A stretch of DNA of 64,000 nt. Origin: Octopus vulgaris (taxonomy: Eukaryota). Both the position numbers and the translations under genes were made by a program. The notes under the pieces are model-generated. The model was not told the DNA's origin, did not search any database, and saw only the letters and a program-made list of their open reading frames with translations. This document shows, in pieces, positions 13,490-26,758 of the stretch. The first letter of the stretch is position 1, and each line of letters starts with the position of its first letter. The stretch covers positions 80,662,001 through 80,726,000 of the forward strand of contig OX597825.1 of assembly GCA_951406725.2 (NCBI GenBank). Reading direction: 5' to 3'.

Positions 13490-14330
13490 TATAGTAATTT
13501 TTATTAACTTTTATAGCTTTAGAATTTTATGAACTGTACCACGGATTTAATTATTATTTTTCATCTCCATATGTGTTAGCCCTTTTTTTTTTTTTTTTAT
13601 AAAAAAAACTATTAGCCAAATATGTATAATATCGGTACTTATTAATATTAATATATACACTGTTATATATTTTGTTTTATTTTGTTCTGTTTACCTTCCT
13701 TTTTGTACAAATGTGTATTATATTATATTATATAAGTGTAGCATTATGATGTATAAGTTTTTATATTTTACATTTTTATATTTTTATATTTATATGTATA
13801 TGATTATATAATATTTTTCACTATTATAACAAATTCAATTTAATTCTCTGAAGAGGCCGTGGGGCATCCTTGTTAATGCCTCATTTATACCTGCCTTTAT
13901 GGCTTATAGGTTAAATGAGGTATGACTGTCCTCACTGCCGAAACAGCTGTCAGTTTTGATTTATTTGCATATTATATTTAAAATTTTTTACTTATATCTC
14001 TTTATCTTTTTACTTTTACTATTACTGTATATCTCATTTCATTTTATATATTGCCTTTACTCATATGTAATGGTGTATTAAAGTATGGATTGAGTATCAT
14101 CGGATAGTTGATGTTTTACTGATTTAAGTATGTTTCTCCATTCTCTAATTTTGTAGTATTAATTTACGGTAATATTATTACCTTTACCCATTTAATACAA
14201 TGGATGAACTGATTGCTTGACAATTTTTAACATCTATGTATTAATTTTGTTGGGTACCTATCTAGCAGTATATTGGATATATATTATCCCATGGTGGGTT
14301 GAATTTTCAACCCCTATCTCATTTTATATA
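12561..14330 (+). mobile_element. PLE-type terminal repeat present as a near-perfect 1.6-kb palindrome
   Basis: Arms 12561-13342 and 13352-14159 with a 9-nt loop; right copy extends to about 14330; (TA)n flanks; hammerhead motif in each arm. Confidence 0.8.
13846..13953 (+). ncRNA. Hammerhead motif with extended stem II (mirror copy about 12767-12874, minus strand)
   Basis: CTGAAGA (13848-54) GGC...GCC GAAAC AGCT GTC (13951); stem I is weak. Confidence 0.55.
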
Positions 14331-14634
14331 TATATATATATATATAAATGCAAAACTAATATATTTAATTTTCACTGAAAACTCAAAGGATTATAGGTCC
14401 TTGACACAATTAAATTATACGCACACACACATACACACACGCACACAGACACACACATATAATATATATATATAATGTATACATAACGTATATATATAAT
14501 GTATATATATAATGTATGTATATATAATGTATATATATACAATGTATATTTATATAATATATATATAATGTATATATATATATGTATATATAATGTATAT
14601 ATAATGTATATATACATAATGTGTAAATATATAT

Positions 14635-14678
<44 letters not shown>

Positions 14679-15048
14679 GTGTATGTGTATATATATATAT
14701 AGTGTATCAATAGTATTTATACGCTTAGTTATTTTTTGTTTTTGTACCTACGTATCTGTGGTGTGTGTCACACGTACTTCAAAGGAGGATCTAAAAAGGT
14801 CGAAGGGAGAGGCACAAAGAAAAAGAGAAACAAAAGATGTTAGGTAGGGTGAATGACAAAGCGGGAGAGATGGGAAGGACGCAAGAAGAGGAAGTATAGT
14901 TGAAGTGAGAGAGACTGAGGAAAAGAGGAGGAGATTGATAGTGCTGAGAAGAGAAATATAACATAGAGGAGGGGGGGATAAATTTAGAGTGATAAATTGA
15001 GTGAAGGAAAGGAATGGATAGAAAATAATAGTGAAAGAGAATGTTGCC

Positions 15049-15050
15049 TC

Positions 15051-15094
<44 letters not shown>

Positions 15095-15095
15095 C

Positions 15096-15182
<87 letters not shown>

Positions 15183-15188
15183 CTTACA

Positions 15189-15273
<85 letters not shown>

Positions 15274-15275
15274 TC
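15049..15275. repeat. (TCTA)n/(TCTG)n/(TC)n compound microsatellite
   Basis: Direct inspection. Confidence 0.95.
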
Positions 15276-16089
15276 CTCTGTCTGTCTGTCTCTTTCTCAG
15301 TAAATAGCTGTGGATGTTACTATTACTTTTCTACAGTTGAAAGGGGAGGTAAAATGTTTATCAGTATTTCCAGAGTAGAATGATGCATAGATCGAAAGAA
15401 AAGTAGATACATAATACATACACACATTGGGAAAGAGGAGGGTCACAGAGGAAGTGAGAGAGACTGTAGATGCATAGATCGAAAGAAGAATTGATACATA
15501 GACACATAGACATATTGTTAAATCAAAGGCAATTAACTACAGGGAATATTGGATGTCACTTTCACTTTTCATTACCTCACGAGGATAAAATTAACTCACA
15601 AGTGGCTTAATACTCCACATACTTGCACACCATTAATGCAGTTCTCAGGGAGATTCTGCTTCACATAGAATATGACAAGGCTGGCCCCTTTCAATTACAG
15701 CCACAACTAAAATTGGCCAGTGCAGTGGACTGGAGCAAGATAAACATTCAAGTGGTTGGAAGAAAACGAAAAAAGATCCTCTATAGGGACAGGAAAATCT
15801 TTTTAGTCGTTAGGGTCACTATGGGTGTTAATCCGGTCCTAACAGCAGCATTTGTAGATCCCATAGATCTGGAGGCCAAGCCCCTAGATAAACACAGATG
15901 TGCAGGCTGATGCTACCAAACTGAGCGTGAGTCGAGGGCGAATAAACGACAGAATAGCAATTGTTTCGACTTAGCTTTCACGGCTTATACTAAACACATA
16001 ACATTTTTGCCTCACGATATGGAACATTTCCTTTTCTTTCACTCGCTTTAAAAGATGGCACTTACGACGACAAGGATCCTGTTTATCTG

Positions 16090-16356
16090 CTCTTAAAATT
16101 AACGCGCAAGTGGCTGAGTGCTCCACAGGCATGCATACTACAACGTAGTTCTCAGGGAGATTCAACCTCATAGAGAATATATGACAAGAATGACCCCTTT
16201 AAATTACAGTTACAACTCATTTTGGCCAGCTGAGTGCACTGCAGCAAGATGTAGTAGACTACCTTGCTCAAGAACACAGCACGCTGCAGGGAATTGTACT
16301 CATGACTTTACGATCGTGTGCTGAATACCCCTAAGCACTGAGCCACGCACCTTCAC
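16090..16356 (-). mobile_element. Old tRNA-derived SINE (family C relative); a further remnant lies at about 15585-15740
   Basis: Shares aaattaacg..aagtggctgag..ctccacag..gtagttctcagggagattca with family C; tRNA-like head gtgcgtggctcagtgcttaggg. Confidence 0.6.
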
Positions 16357-17117
16357 TCTCTTAATCATAGAGAAAAGGAGTGAAGCGATAGGGACATAGA
16401 AAGGAAAGCCTCAGTCATTTAAAATGACAATAAGACTGAAATACGATCGATTTTTTCTAGTTTCTTTACTTTTAACAATGAAGAAGAGCGAAAGACATTT
16501 AGTAATAATGAATAGAGGGAAGGTCTTGCAGGTGTTTACGTTTTCATTCTGGGAGTTCTAGAACATTCGACTGTTAGTTCTGTCTTCTCCCCCCCCCCCC
16601 CATCTCCGGAACTTAAAGGGCAGTGCCTCTGGCAAATGACTGAAACAAGTAAAAGCATAAAATACTAATACTACCAGAAGAACGTTCCGTACCACTAAAC
16701 CAAGGAAGTTCTTTGTATATGTTTGATGTATTTTAAGGCTAAATAGTAATTCTGTTTACGTTTACGTAACTGAGATATTTTGGTTGGATTCTACAGTTAT
16801 CGGTTTTACACTTCTTTCCATATTCTGTAACTGTCACACCACATAGAAACATTTCTCATGGCACCAGCACACAATTTAAAGATGCTTACACCTTTTATAT
16901 TTTCCGTGAAGTTTTCACGGGCCCATCACGGTATTGAACTCACAACCTAATGAATTACAAGAAATTAAAAAAAAATTGAAAGACCAACACATTTTGGAAA
17001 CGACATGTCAAGTTATTCTTCCGTATATTACATATTTATTTTATCGAATCTGGAATGATAAAACGGAAGGGTAACTTCGGCGAAATTTGAACTCCAAATT
17101 TAAAGTAACATAATTAA

Positions 17118-17440
17118 GTGGCTGTTTGGTAAGTAGCTTGCTTACCACCCACATGGTTCCGGGTTCAGTCCTACTGCATGTCACCTTGGGCAAGTGTCTT
17201 CTACTATAGCCTCGAGAGTGGATTTGGTAGGTGGAAACTGAAAGAAGCCAGTCGTGTGTATGTGTGTATATACGTGTGTGTGTGTGTGTTTGTGTATCTG
17301 TGTTTGTCCCCGTAACTTAGCGGTTCGGCAAAAGAGACCGATAAGTACTAGACTTACAAAGAATAAGACCTGGTGTCGATTTGCTCGACTAAAGACTGTG
17401 CTCCAGTCAAATGACTGAAATAATAAAAAAAGAAAAAGTA
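17118..17440 (+). mobile_element. tRNA-derived SINE family B
   Basis: gtggctgtttggtaag..ggttccgggttcagtcc head, (TG)n core, gactgaaa tail; many copies in the window. Confidence 0.8.
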
Positions 17441-18069
17441 TTCTGTCACTGAAGAAAAAAAGATGCAGAAATTTTCAACACAGTCTTTGACTTGGTCACC
17501 AAGGAAACATTGTGTGCCAGACGGATGTCAAGTTCTGCTATTTCTATATATCTGAAAAATATGTTATTTGCTGCAAATTTCGTTATCTAGGGATGGAAAC
17601 CTTGCCACCGACTCCGTTTTGTTTACCACCGCTTGCCAGAAAAAGAGCAACAACTAGTAGAAGAAAAGGCCTCTACATAATTGCTTGACCGACAGCAATT
17701 AAAGGTAATTTTACTATTTCACACGTGTGTAATCTCGGACTGGCGGACTTCCGGATTGACTGTCATGACCTCATGTTGTTCTGTGAAATAATTTTTTCTC
17801 CCCAGAATTATAATTTTTTAAACATTTTTACTTCTGAATTCTGAATCCTTTTTCTTATAAACTTTCACATGTGCACCTATCTCGAGAGACAGGTGTAATA
17901 CATAAAAATACATCGATATTTAGTAATCAAATCTCTCAAAGGGAAGACTGCATCGAGACACACAGTCTAATATTTGAAATTACAACAGTGTGTTCATTGT
18001 TTGAATACGTTTTGATATTAGTTCAGGCAGCTCGCATCACTATTATCATCATCATCATTATTATTATTA

Positions 18070-18440
18070 AGGCGGCGAGCTGGCAGAATCGTTAACACGC
18101 CGGGCATGATGCTTAACTGCATTTCGTGCGTCTTCACGTTCTAAGTTCAAATTTCGCCGAGGTCGACTTTACCTTTCAGCCTTTTGGCGATAAATTAAGT
18201 GCCAGTTGAGTACTGGGATCAATGTAATAGACTAGCCCCCGTCCCCCAAAATTTTCAAGGCCTTGTGCCTAGAATAGAAATAATAATAATAATTATTATT
18301 CGTTCTGAGTTCAAATTCCGCTGGGGTCGACTTTGCCTTTCATCCTTTAGGGGTCGATTAAATCTGAACAACACTGGGGTCGATGAAATCGACTTAATCT
18401 CTTCACCCAAATTTCAGGCCTTGTTATTTTAGTAGAAAAG
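18070..18440 (+). mobile_element. SINE family A (one full and one partial copy)
   Basis: ggcggcgagctggcagaatcgtta..gttcaaatt..gaggtcgacttt..gataaattaagt. Confidence 0.8.
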
Positions 18441-18473
<33 letters not shown>

Positions 18474-19349
18474 GCACTGATGCAGTACCAGACAGTGGCC
18501 CTCATGGCTTCGGATTTTAACTGGTTGGAAGTGTTATCATGAACATTGTTTTGTCCTGGTATAAAAGATGGGCTACAGCAAATATTCTACTCAGTACAAC
18601 AGGTTTGATTGTCAGTTGTTTGACCTTAACCAGTTGAGCATGTCCCTAATTGGCTGACAATATGTGCATCTCTGATCACGAGCAGAAGTAGTGGGGGAGC
18701 ATCGTAGCCATGTGTTGAAAGGAATTCTTTGCGGTTTGAATAGTTCACCTCTGGAAACGTGGGTGTTTCGTTCAACATCCTTAAACAACCCTTATTCAGG
18801 CAAATTTCGTGCGGGATTGTCTACATGACTTGAAGAAAATTCTAACTGGGCCCCCACCTGCAAACTCATGCGCTGTTTATCTAGATATAATGTCACCATG
18901 TCGCACACACGTGGTTGTGATGCATGTGCCTGGTGTACCCTTATTAAACGAGTAGCCATGATATTTTACCCCAGTGTTACTTTGATGGCATGTACTGCTC
19001 TCTCACTCAATAATAATAAAAATGATAATGATTTCACTTACTTGCCATAAGTGGGACAATACAAAGACAAACATAAAATGTGGGGGTTTAAGATGATATA
19101 AAAAAAAGGGTAATTATACACGATATACACTGAAAAAGAAGGGACATATGCATAGCATACAAAGGTTTAAAAAAATGGGCGGTGAGGATGAAAGAGATGT
19201 GACCCTCCTGAAACAGGAAGGCCTCTAGGGATAATCGAGGAACCCCACTGTCCAAGATTTCCCTGAACGCCAAGAGCAATTGCCCTCACCAGTTCCTTCT
19301 CTCCGACTCACAGGCCCACACTTAAAGAAAATTTTCGAAAATTTCAACC

Positions 19350-19531
19350 ATCGATTAGTTCGACTCAGTACACAATTGGTACTTAACTTATCGATTCGAG
19401 TGGATAAAAGGCAAAGTCGACGTCGGCGGAATTTGAACTCAGAACGTAACGGCAGACGAAATACTGCTAAGCATTTCGTCCGGCGTGCTAACGATTCAGT
19501 CATCTCGCTTATTATTATTATTATTATTATT

Positions 19532-19585
<54 letters not shown>

Positions 19586-19798
19586 CTTCTCTATTATAGG
19601 CACAAGGCCCGAAATTTTGGGGGAGGGAGCCAGTCGATTTGTTCGACCCCAGTACATAACTGGTACCTAATTTATCGACCTCGAAAGGATGAAAGGCAAA
19701 GTCGACTTCGGCTTAATTTGAACACAGAATGTAAAGACAGACGAAATACCGCTAAGCAATTCACCTGGCGTGCTAACGATTCTGCCAACGCGCCGCTT

Positions 19799-19800
<2 letters not shown>
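19350..19800 (-). mobile_element. Two SINE family A copies among (AAT)n tracts
   Basis: Reverse complement of the family A consensus at about 19350-19505 and 19590-19800. Confidence 0.8.
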
Positions 19801-19861
<61 letters not shown>

Positions 19862-20399
19862 CCCCAACAACAATTATAATAGAAAATAAAAGTACTTACA
19901 AGATTAAATGATTTTTTTTTCATAATTGATATGAGAAGTCCTGTTACGTAAACGTATAAATGTACTCCAGTAGATATCTATACACACACATATGTATATA
20001 CAGCTACACTCACACGCCTATATATATATCAATATATACAGAGTGATAGAGAGAGAGAGGGAGAGAAAGAGGGAGAGACTGAGACAAAAAGTGAAGCAGG
20101 GGGAAAGAGCTGTCCAAACAACTGCTGCTGTAGGAAGAGGACGGACGTCAATAGAAGAAGTTGACAGGTGAGGAGTGTATATACAAAACTATTGCCTATC
20201 TAAATCGCTGTGTAGGAAAAAAGGGCTTGCGGATATCACCTGTGGTCTTAGGTTCTTCAAGCTTTTGACAACGAGCCAATCAAATCCCTCTGTCACACAC
20301 ACACACACACACACAGGTGTGTAAGTGTGAGTGTGAAAAAATATATTTATATATATTTATATGTCTATATATAATGAATGAAATTACGTGTTTATGTAT

Positions 20400-20412
20400 G
20401 TGTGTGTGTGTG

Positions 20413-20459
<47 letters not shown>

Positions 20460-20556
20460 GAATTCGCCGTTATATATATTATACATATATGTAAGTATAT
20501 ACATAAGTATATCATACATTCATATGTATAAATATATTTTACCTATATACTTTTTT

Positions 20557-20619
<63 letters not shown>

Positions 20620-20665
20620 CGGCGAATTTATATCTATATATCTATATATCTATCTATATATATAT

Positions 20666-20731
<66 letters not shown>

Positions 20732-20828
20732 GAATTCGCCGTTATATATATTATACATATACGTAAGTATATACATAAGTATATCATACATTCATATGTA
20801 TAAATATATTTTACCTATATACTTTTTT

Positions 20829-20868
<40 letters not shown>

Positions 20869-20929
20869 CGGCGAATTTATATATATATATCTATATATAT
20901 ATACACATACATGCATATATATATATGTA

Positions 20930-20974
<45 letters not shown>

Positions 20975-21066
20975 CATATATATACATACACACAAATACA
21001 TACACATACATATATATATATATATATGTATATATATTTATATGTAGGTATGTATATATATATATG

Positions 21067-21106
<40 letters not shown>

Positions 21107-21170
21107 TGTATGTATTTGTGTATGTATATATGTATGTAGATGTATATATATATATATATATATGTATATA
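20400..21170. repeat. (TA)n-rich tract containing a tandem duplication
   Basis: Unit gaattcgccgtta...taacggcgaattt at about 20460-20630 and 20732-20880. Confidence 0.85.
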
Positions 21171-21240
21171 AATAAATAAATGGAGTTAAACACAGGTGTT
21201 ATTCAAATTCTTTTTGTGGCTGTGTGGTAGACGCTTGCCA

Positions 21241-21370
21241 AGGCGGCATTCTGGCAGAGACGTTAGCACAACGAGTGAAATTCTTAACGGTATTTCGTCT
21301 GCCTCAGCGTTCTGAGTTCAAATTCTACCGAGGTCGACTTTGCCTTTCATCCTTTCGGGGTCGATAAAAA
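21241..21370 (+). mobile_element. SINE family A partial, inside a remnant (21172-21476) of the PLE terminus seen at 2416 and 4070-4160
   Basis: Family A sequence; flanks match ttaaacacaggtgttattcaaattc and tttatctattttttccgtg. Confidence 0.65.
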
Positions 21371-21730
21371 AAAAATGTTATAACCTTTTTACTTGTGATT
21401 TTTAGCTACTCTAGTAACTATTTATCTATTTTTTCCGTGTTAATTGTTAACAAAGGAAAAACATACATCTATTTATACACACACTTATATATATATATCC
21501 TTACTAATTCCGGTTGTGAAGTGGTTAGTAGAGACAAACACAAACACAAGCATACTGATGGGTACATACACACACACTTACACCTATATATTCATATATA
21601 CAGAGTGAATCTGTGAGACAAAGCGTGAAACAGTAGGAAGGAGCCGGTGTGTGTGTCTATGTCCATACGACTGCTGTCGTATTGAAAAAGAGCGAAATTA
21701 ATGGATAATAAACCAATTGTTGGAACACAA

Positions 21731-22042
21731 CTCTTTACTCTTTTACTCGTTTCAGTCATTTGACTGCGGCCATGCTGGAGCACCGCCTTTAATCGAGCAG
21801 CTCGACCCCGGGACTTATTCTTTTGTAAGCCCAGTACTTATTCTCTCGGTCTCTTTTGCCGAACCGCTAAGTAACAGGGACATAAACACACCAGCATCGG
21901 TTGTCAAGCAATGCTAGGGGACAAACACAGACACACAAACATACACGCACACACATATATATATATATATACATATATACGACGGGCTTCTTTCAGTTTC
22001 CATCTACCAAATCCACTCACAAGGTTTTGGTCGGCCCGAGGC
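21731..22042 (-). mobile_element. SINE family B (5'-truncated)
   Basis: Reverse complement of the family B body and (GTAAAAGA)n tail. Confidence 0.85.
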
Positions 22043-22049
22043 TTGATCT

Positions 22050-22360
22050 CTTCCTTTCATTGTGTACTTTATAACATATTCGATAGATTATCGAATTTCT
22101 ACATTGAGGTAGTATTTAAATAACCTCCATAGTTAGGAATTGTGGGGGGACTACCCACTGAGAAGTAACAGCTTGATTTCGGCATCCTTCTTGAACTCTT
22201 TGTAATCTACCCATTTCCAGAGACCGTCTCCGGTACTTGGGATATGAATCATCACCACACATTATTTGTGCAATGAATGGCTTTGGGTACCTCTTACTAC
22301 ATGTAACATTTTCCCAACATGGTGAGCTGTTATTGCAGTAAGAACCATGGATCACGTGCT
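22050..22360 (-). mobile_element. Helitron RepHel coding fragment (pseudogene)
   Basis: HVIHGSYC..NSSPCWEN.TCSKRYPKPF...GDDSYPKYRRRS...QWVVP, then YLNVEI..SIEYVIKYTMKG: Helitron Rep C-terminal motifs. Confidence 0.85.
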
Positions 22361-23432
22361 GACATCTCAGCCGTTTCCTGTTGCCTCTTTGCCCTTGCTT
22401 CTTGCCGACGCCTTTTGGCATCCTCTTTTGACCACGATGATCTCCATCTCCTTCCATGTGGCATAATTGATCTGTGTTTATTTTTGTATGTAATGTTGTA
22501 TTAAGAGAATTAAATCAAAACAACAAAGCAATTAGAAATGTCAAATGAATGAAATAAAATCAAATCTGAAATGATGAAACTATAAGTAATCTCCGCAAAG
22601 AAATTTCTGTATATCAGTGTGTGTGTACGTCAAAAAGGCGACGTTTTTATTCTCCTTAAAGAGTTACAAAATGTAAACATTCGTACCAGAAGTTCACTCA
22701 TTTAATGTCATGACTACATACCCATTCACCAACTCTCCCTCTCCCTCTTTTCTCTCTCTCTTTCTCTTCCCCACTCTTCCTCTTTCTCCTTCCCTCTTTC
22801 TCTCTGAGTCTCTTTCACACAAACACGTCCATTACATGTACTTACATCTTCCACTTTCTCCTCTCTTTCACTTTAGAGCAAAAGTAAATAAATAAAAAAT
22901 ATTTTTACGGAAATTTACATTCAGTTAAAAATATTTCTAAATGGTTAAAATATTGTGTACGTCAAAAAGTCGACGGTGTTTATTTTTCCTTAGAGCGAAG
23001 ACTATGTGTGTGTGTATGTCACAGATAGCGGATGTGTGTTTGTGTTGATTGACACGCCATGGCTTCATTATATGTGTATGTATTTTGTATTTGTGTACAA
23101 AAGACGTGTTTAATCGTTTAAATAGTGATTCAAATATCACAAAAATTTGTACTGCACTGCCGAAGGTAAGTATGAAAATAAATAAAATTAAAGCAAAATA
23201 AAAAGAAAGAAATGAAAAATAAGTAGATAAAAACAAATGAATAAAATAAATAAAATTAAATTAAACAAACGTGAATAAATTTCCCGCCTAAACTCCTCGT
23301 GCGATATGGTCAAAATACCACCGCAGTGAATATAATGACGAAGTAAATATATAACTTTATATAAATAAGGATAAGATCGTCATTTAAAATACCGATCATA
23401 TCACGTGGTTAGCATGGGAATTTTATTAATAA

Positions 23433-23828
23433 CTAGCAGTATCGCCCGGCGTTGCTCGGGTTTGTAAGGGAAATAACTATATAAGCATTTTTAGAGATGT
23501 AAAGTATAATAGCCATCTCAATACGGCTAACCACAAGGGGGGTGGGTTACTGTAGCTTTTTACGTTCTGAGATTTAATAATAAATTTTTAGAGAGTTACT
23601 TCCCTTATATATGCCAAAAATGCATTAAAAATGGGAAAAATTGATGGTAAATTTTTTTTTAAATCGTAGACTCATCGTAGACGCGCGCTAATACCCAGAA
23701 GGGCTCGATATGAATCACGACTATAAGATACCCGGTTTTGGTTAAACTGCACCACAAAATGTGGGAGTAGTTAGGAATCTAAATCGTAGGAGACAGACAG
23801 CACACAACCTCTCTTTTATATATAAAGA
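23433..23828 (-). mobile_element. Non-autonomous Helitron
   Basis: A|TC...CCCGAGCAACGCCGGGCGATACTGCTAG|T on the minus strand. Confidence 0.88.
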
Positions 23829-24200
23829 TTATTAGCTATGAGGTTTTTATTCCTATGCTGGCCACTTGGTATGATCGGTATTTTCAATAACAATCCTATC
23901 CTTATTTATATAAATTTATATATTTACTTTGTCATTATATTCACTGCGGTGGTATTTTGACCATATCGCACGAGGAGTTGCGGCGTCACAGGTGCCAAGC
24001 TGTATCGGCCTTTGCCTTTCCCTTGGATAACATCGGTGGGGAGAGAGGAGGCCGATATACATGGGCAACTGGTGGTCTTCTATAAACAACCTTGCCCGGA
24101 CTTGTGCCTGGGGGGTGGGTAACTTTCTAGATGCAACCCCATGGTCAGTTATGACCGAAGGGGGTCTCAGGATATATATGTATACATGTGTATATATATG

Positions 24201-24243
<43 letters not shown>

Positions 24244-24249
24244 GTACAT

Positions 24250-24319
<70 letters not shown>

Positions 24320-24460
24320 TACGGAGATGTAATTGCATAGCAAGTGACTTGATCTGAAATCGTGTGTTCGAACGAAACCAATTGCTGCGTGGAAGGTGTT
24401 TATAAGCCATTTAAGAAACTCACAAAAACCGTTAGATTCACTTCAACATTAAAATTTAAT

Positions 24461-24509
24461 TTGCCAAAATATTTTCGTCGCTTTGAGACCGCACCCTGTT
24501 CACTGACAA
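24461..24509 (-). ncRNA. Minimal hammerhead motif, G3:C8 variant
   Basis: TTGTCA-GTGAACA-[imperfect stem II]-GAAA-ATA-TTT-TGGCAA; palindromic AATATT stem III. Confidence 0.5.
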
Positions 24510-24661
24510 AATTCCGTGCTGCCTCTGAGAAAGTAACAGTTAGTTCATGACCATGAACTAACGCGGTCTCAAAGCGACGAAAATCTAACGGTTTTTGTGG
24601 GTTTCTTAAATGGCTTATAAACACATTCCACGCTGCAATTGTTATATATATATATATATAT

Positions 24662-26532
24662 ATATCCACTCTTACCACCTCCACTCACTACAAACACACA
24701 GACTCACACTCATACCTCAACTTCTCTTCCTCCCACCCAGAACACACCAAGCTTTCCATCCCCTATTCCCAATTCCTCCGTCTACGTAGGCTCTGTAGTG
24801 ACGACCATGACTTTGAGACTCAGTCTCAACGTATAGCTCACCACTTCACCCTACGTGGATACCCCCTCACCACTATCCACACCGCCCTTGCCAGAGCACG
24901 GTCCGTGGATCGTGTATCTGCTCTCTCTCCCCGAACCCGCCCTGTAGTCTCCCGCCTCCCTTTTCCCCTCACTTACCACCCCACGACCCTACGTCTCCAA
25001 CGCACCATTCTTCGAGCTTTCCGTCATCTCCAGTCCGACCCGTCCACTTCACACCTCTTCCCTAACCGACCCCTCCCCTCTTTCAAACGAGCCCACAACC
25101 TTCGAGACCTTTTGGTCCATAGCTCCTTCCCTGACCCTACCTCCCAACCCGGCTCGTTCCCCTGCTCCCGCCCACGTTGCCGCACTTGCCCTTACCTCTC
25201 CAACACCACCCGCCTCACTAGCACCCACCATCGACCCTATCCCATCATCCACTCCTTCACCTGCACCTCCAGCAATATTATCTATTGCATCTCTTGCTCT
25301 CTCTGCAATTCCTTGTACATCGGACAAACGGGACGCCGCTTGGCTGACCGGTTCGCGGAACACCTTCGTGACATCCACCTTGCGAACGACACACCGGTCT
25401 CACGCCATTTCCGCTCCACCGGTCACTCCTTGCAACACCTATCTGTGTTCGGTTTGTCCTTACACAGAGGCCATCCGGATTCCCGTTTGCGCCGTGAACA
25501 GGAATTAATCTTCTCTCTTCGCTCTTATACGCCATTTGGTCTCAACTCTCCCCCCTCCTCATCTAACCCCCCTCTCCCCCTCCTCACCTATCCTTTCTCC
25601 CCCCGACCCCTACTTCTTCAGTCCTTCATCCTTTCACCCCTACTCCCCTTCCCTTCTTCCCTCTTTCTCCCTCCCTCTTCCCCTTCCCTCTGCTCCCTCA
25701 CTCCCTCTCTCCCCCTCTCCCTCTTTCCTCCTTCATCCCCCTCCTCCCCTTCCTTCTCCCCCATCCTCTCCTCTTCCCCCTTCTCCTCCCCCTCTTCTTC
25801 CCCTCGCCTTCTCCCCCTCTTCTCCCCCTCCCCCTCTTCTCCTCACTACACCACATGACTTTACACATCACATCACATATGATGTGCCATACTAATACAC
25901 ACACCAACTAATACATACTAATACGTACTAATACATACCAGTACATACTAATACTTACACCAACCCTATACATACACACGTCCAGACCCCGCATACGCAC
26001 TTATACTCTCTCACACACACACACACACACCTATACATACCAATACGTACTAATACATACTAATACATACTAATACATACACCAACCCCATACATACGCA
26101 CGTCCAGACCAATCTTACGCACTAATACTCTCTCATACACACACACACACACACACACACCCTTATACATACTAATACATACACCAACCCTATACATACA
26201 CACATCCAGACCCCTCCCACGCACTTTTAGCTGGTCCCTCAACCCTTTTATCAACCCTATTATCTCCCCTTATTTCGCTCTCGCGTCTCATGTTTGATCT
26301 TTGACCTCTGGCCGAAATCAGATCGCCATGTTGATTCGTTAGCTACTGCACGCATTTTTTTTCTCTCCTTCTTTCTGTGTTTTTCTCTCTCTGTGTATCT
26401 TTCTGTTGAAGAGCGTAGGCTCGAAACGTTAAAGACTTGTTTTATTTATATTTCCTGAGCGCCATACTAATACAATTGTTCGTTTGTTTTCCACCTGCCT
26501 TCGTCTTTTGTTTATTTTCATAAAGCTTCCCG

Positions 26533-26535
<3 letters not shown>
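24662..26535 (+). mobile_element. 5'-truncated Penelope-like element: RT thumb plus GIY-YIG endonuclease ORF and 3' repeat
   Basis: Open frame from about 24671 (YKHTDSHSYL..SSSHPEHTKLSIPYSQFLRLRRLCS) continuous with ORF 24905 (CSRPRCRTC, NIIYCISC..C..LYIGQTGRRL..RF.EH, GLN); (TA)n flanks. Confidence 0.92.
26398..26435 (+). ncRNA. Minimal hammerhead motif in the PLE 3' repeat (U at core position 6)
   Basis: TCTTT-CTGTTGA-aGAGC gtag GCTC-GAAA-C-GTT-AAAGA. Confidence 0.6.
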
Positions 26536-26593
<58 letters not shown>

Positions 26594-26688
26594 TAAGAAA
26601 GTTGGTTTTATATATATATATGCATGTATGTATGTATAAATGTATATATATATGCATGTATGTATGTATAAATGTATATATATATATG

Positions 26689-26758
<70 letters not shown>

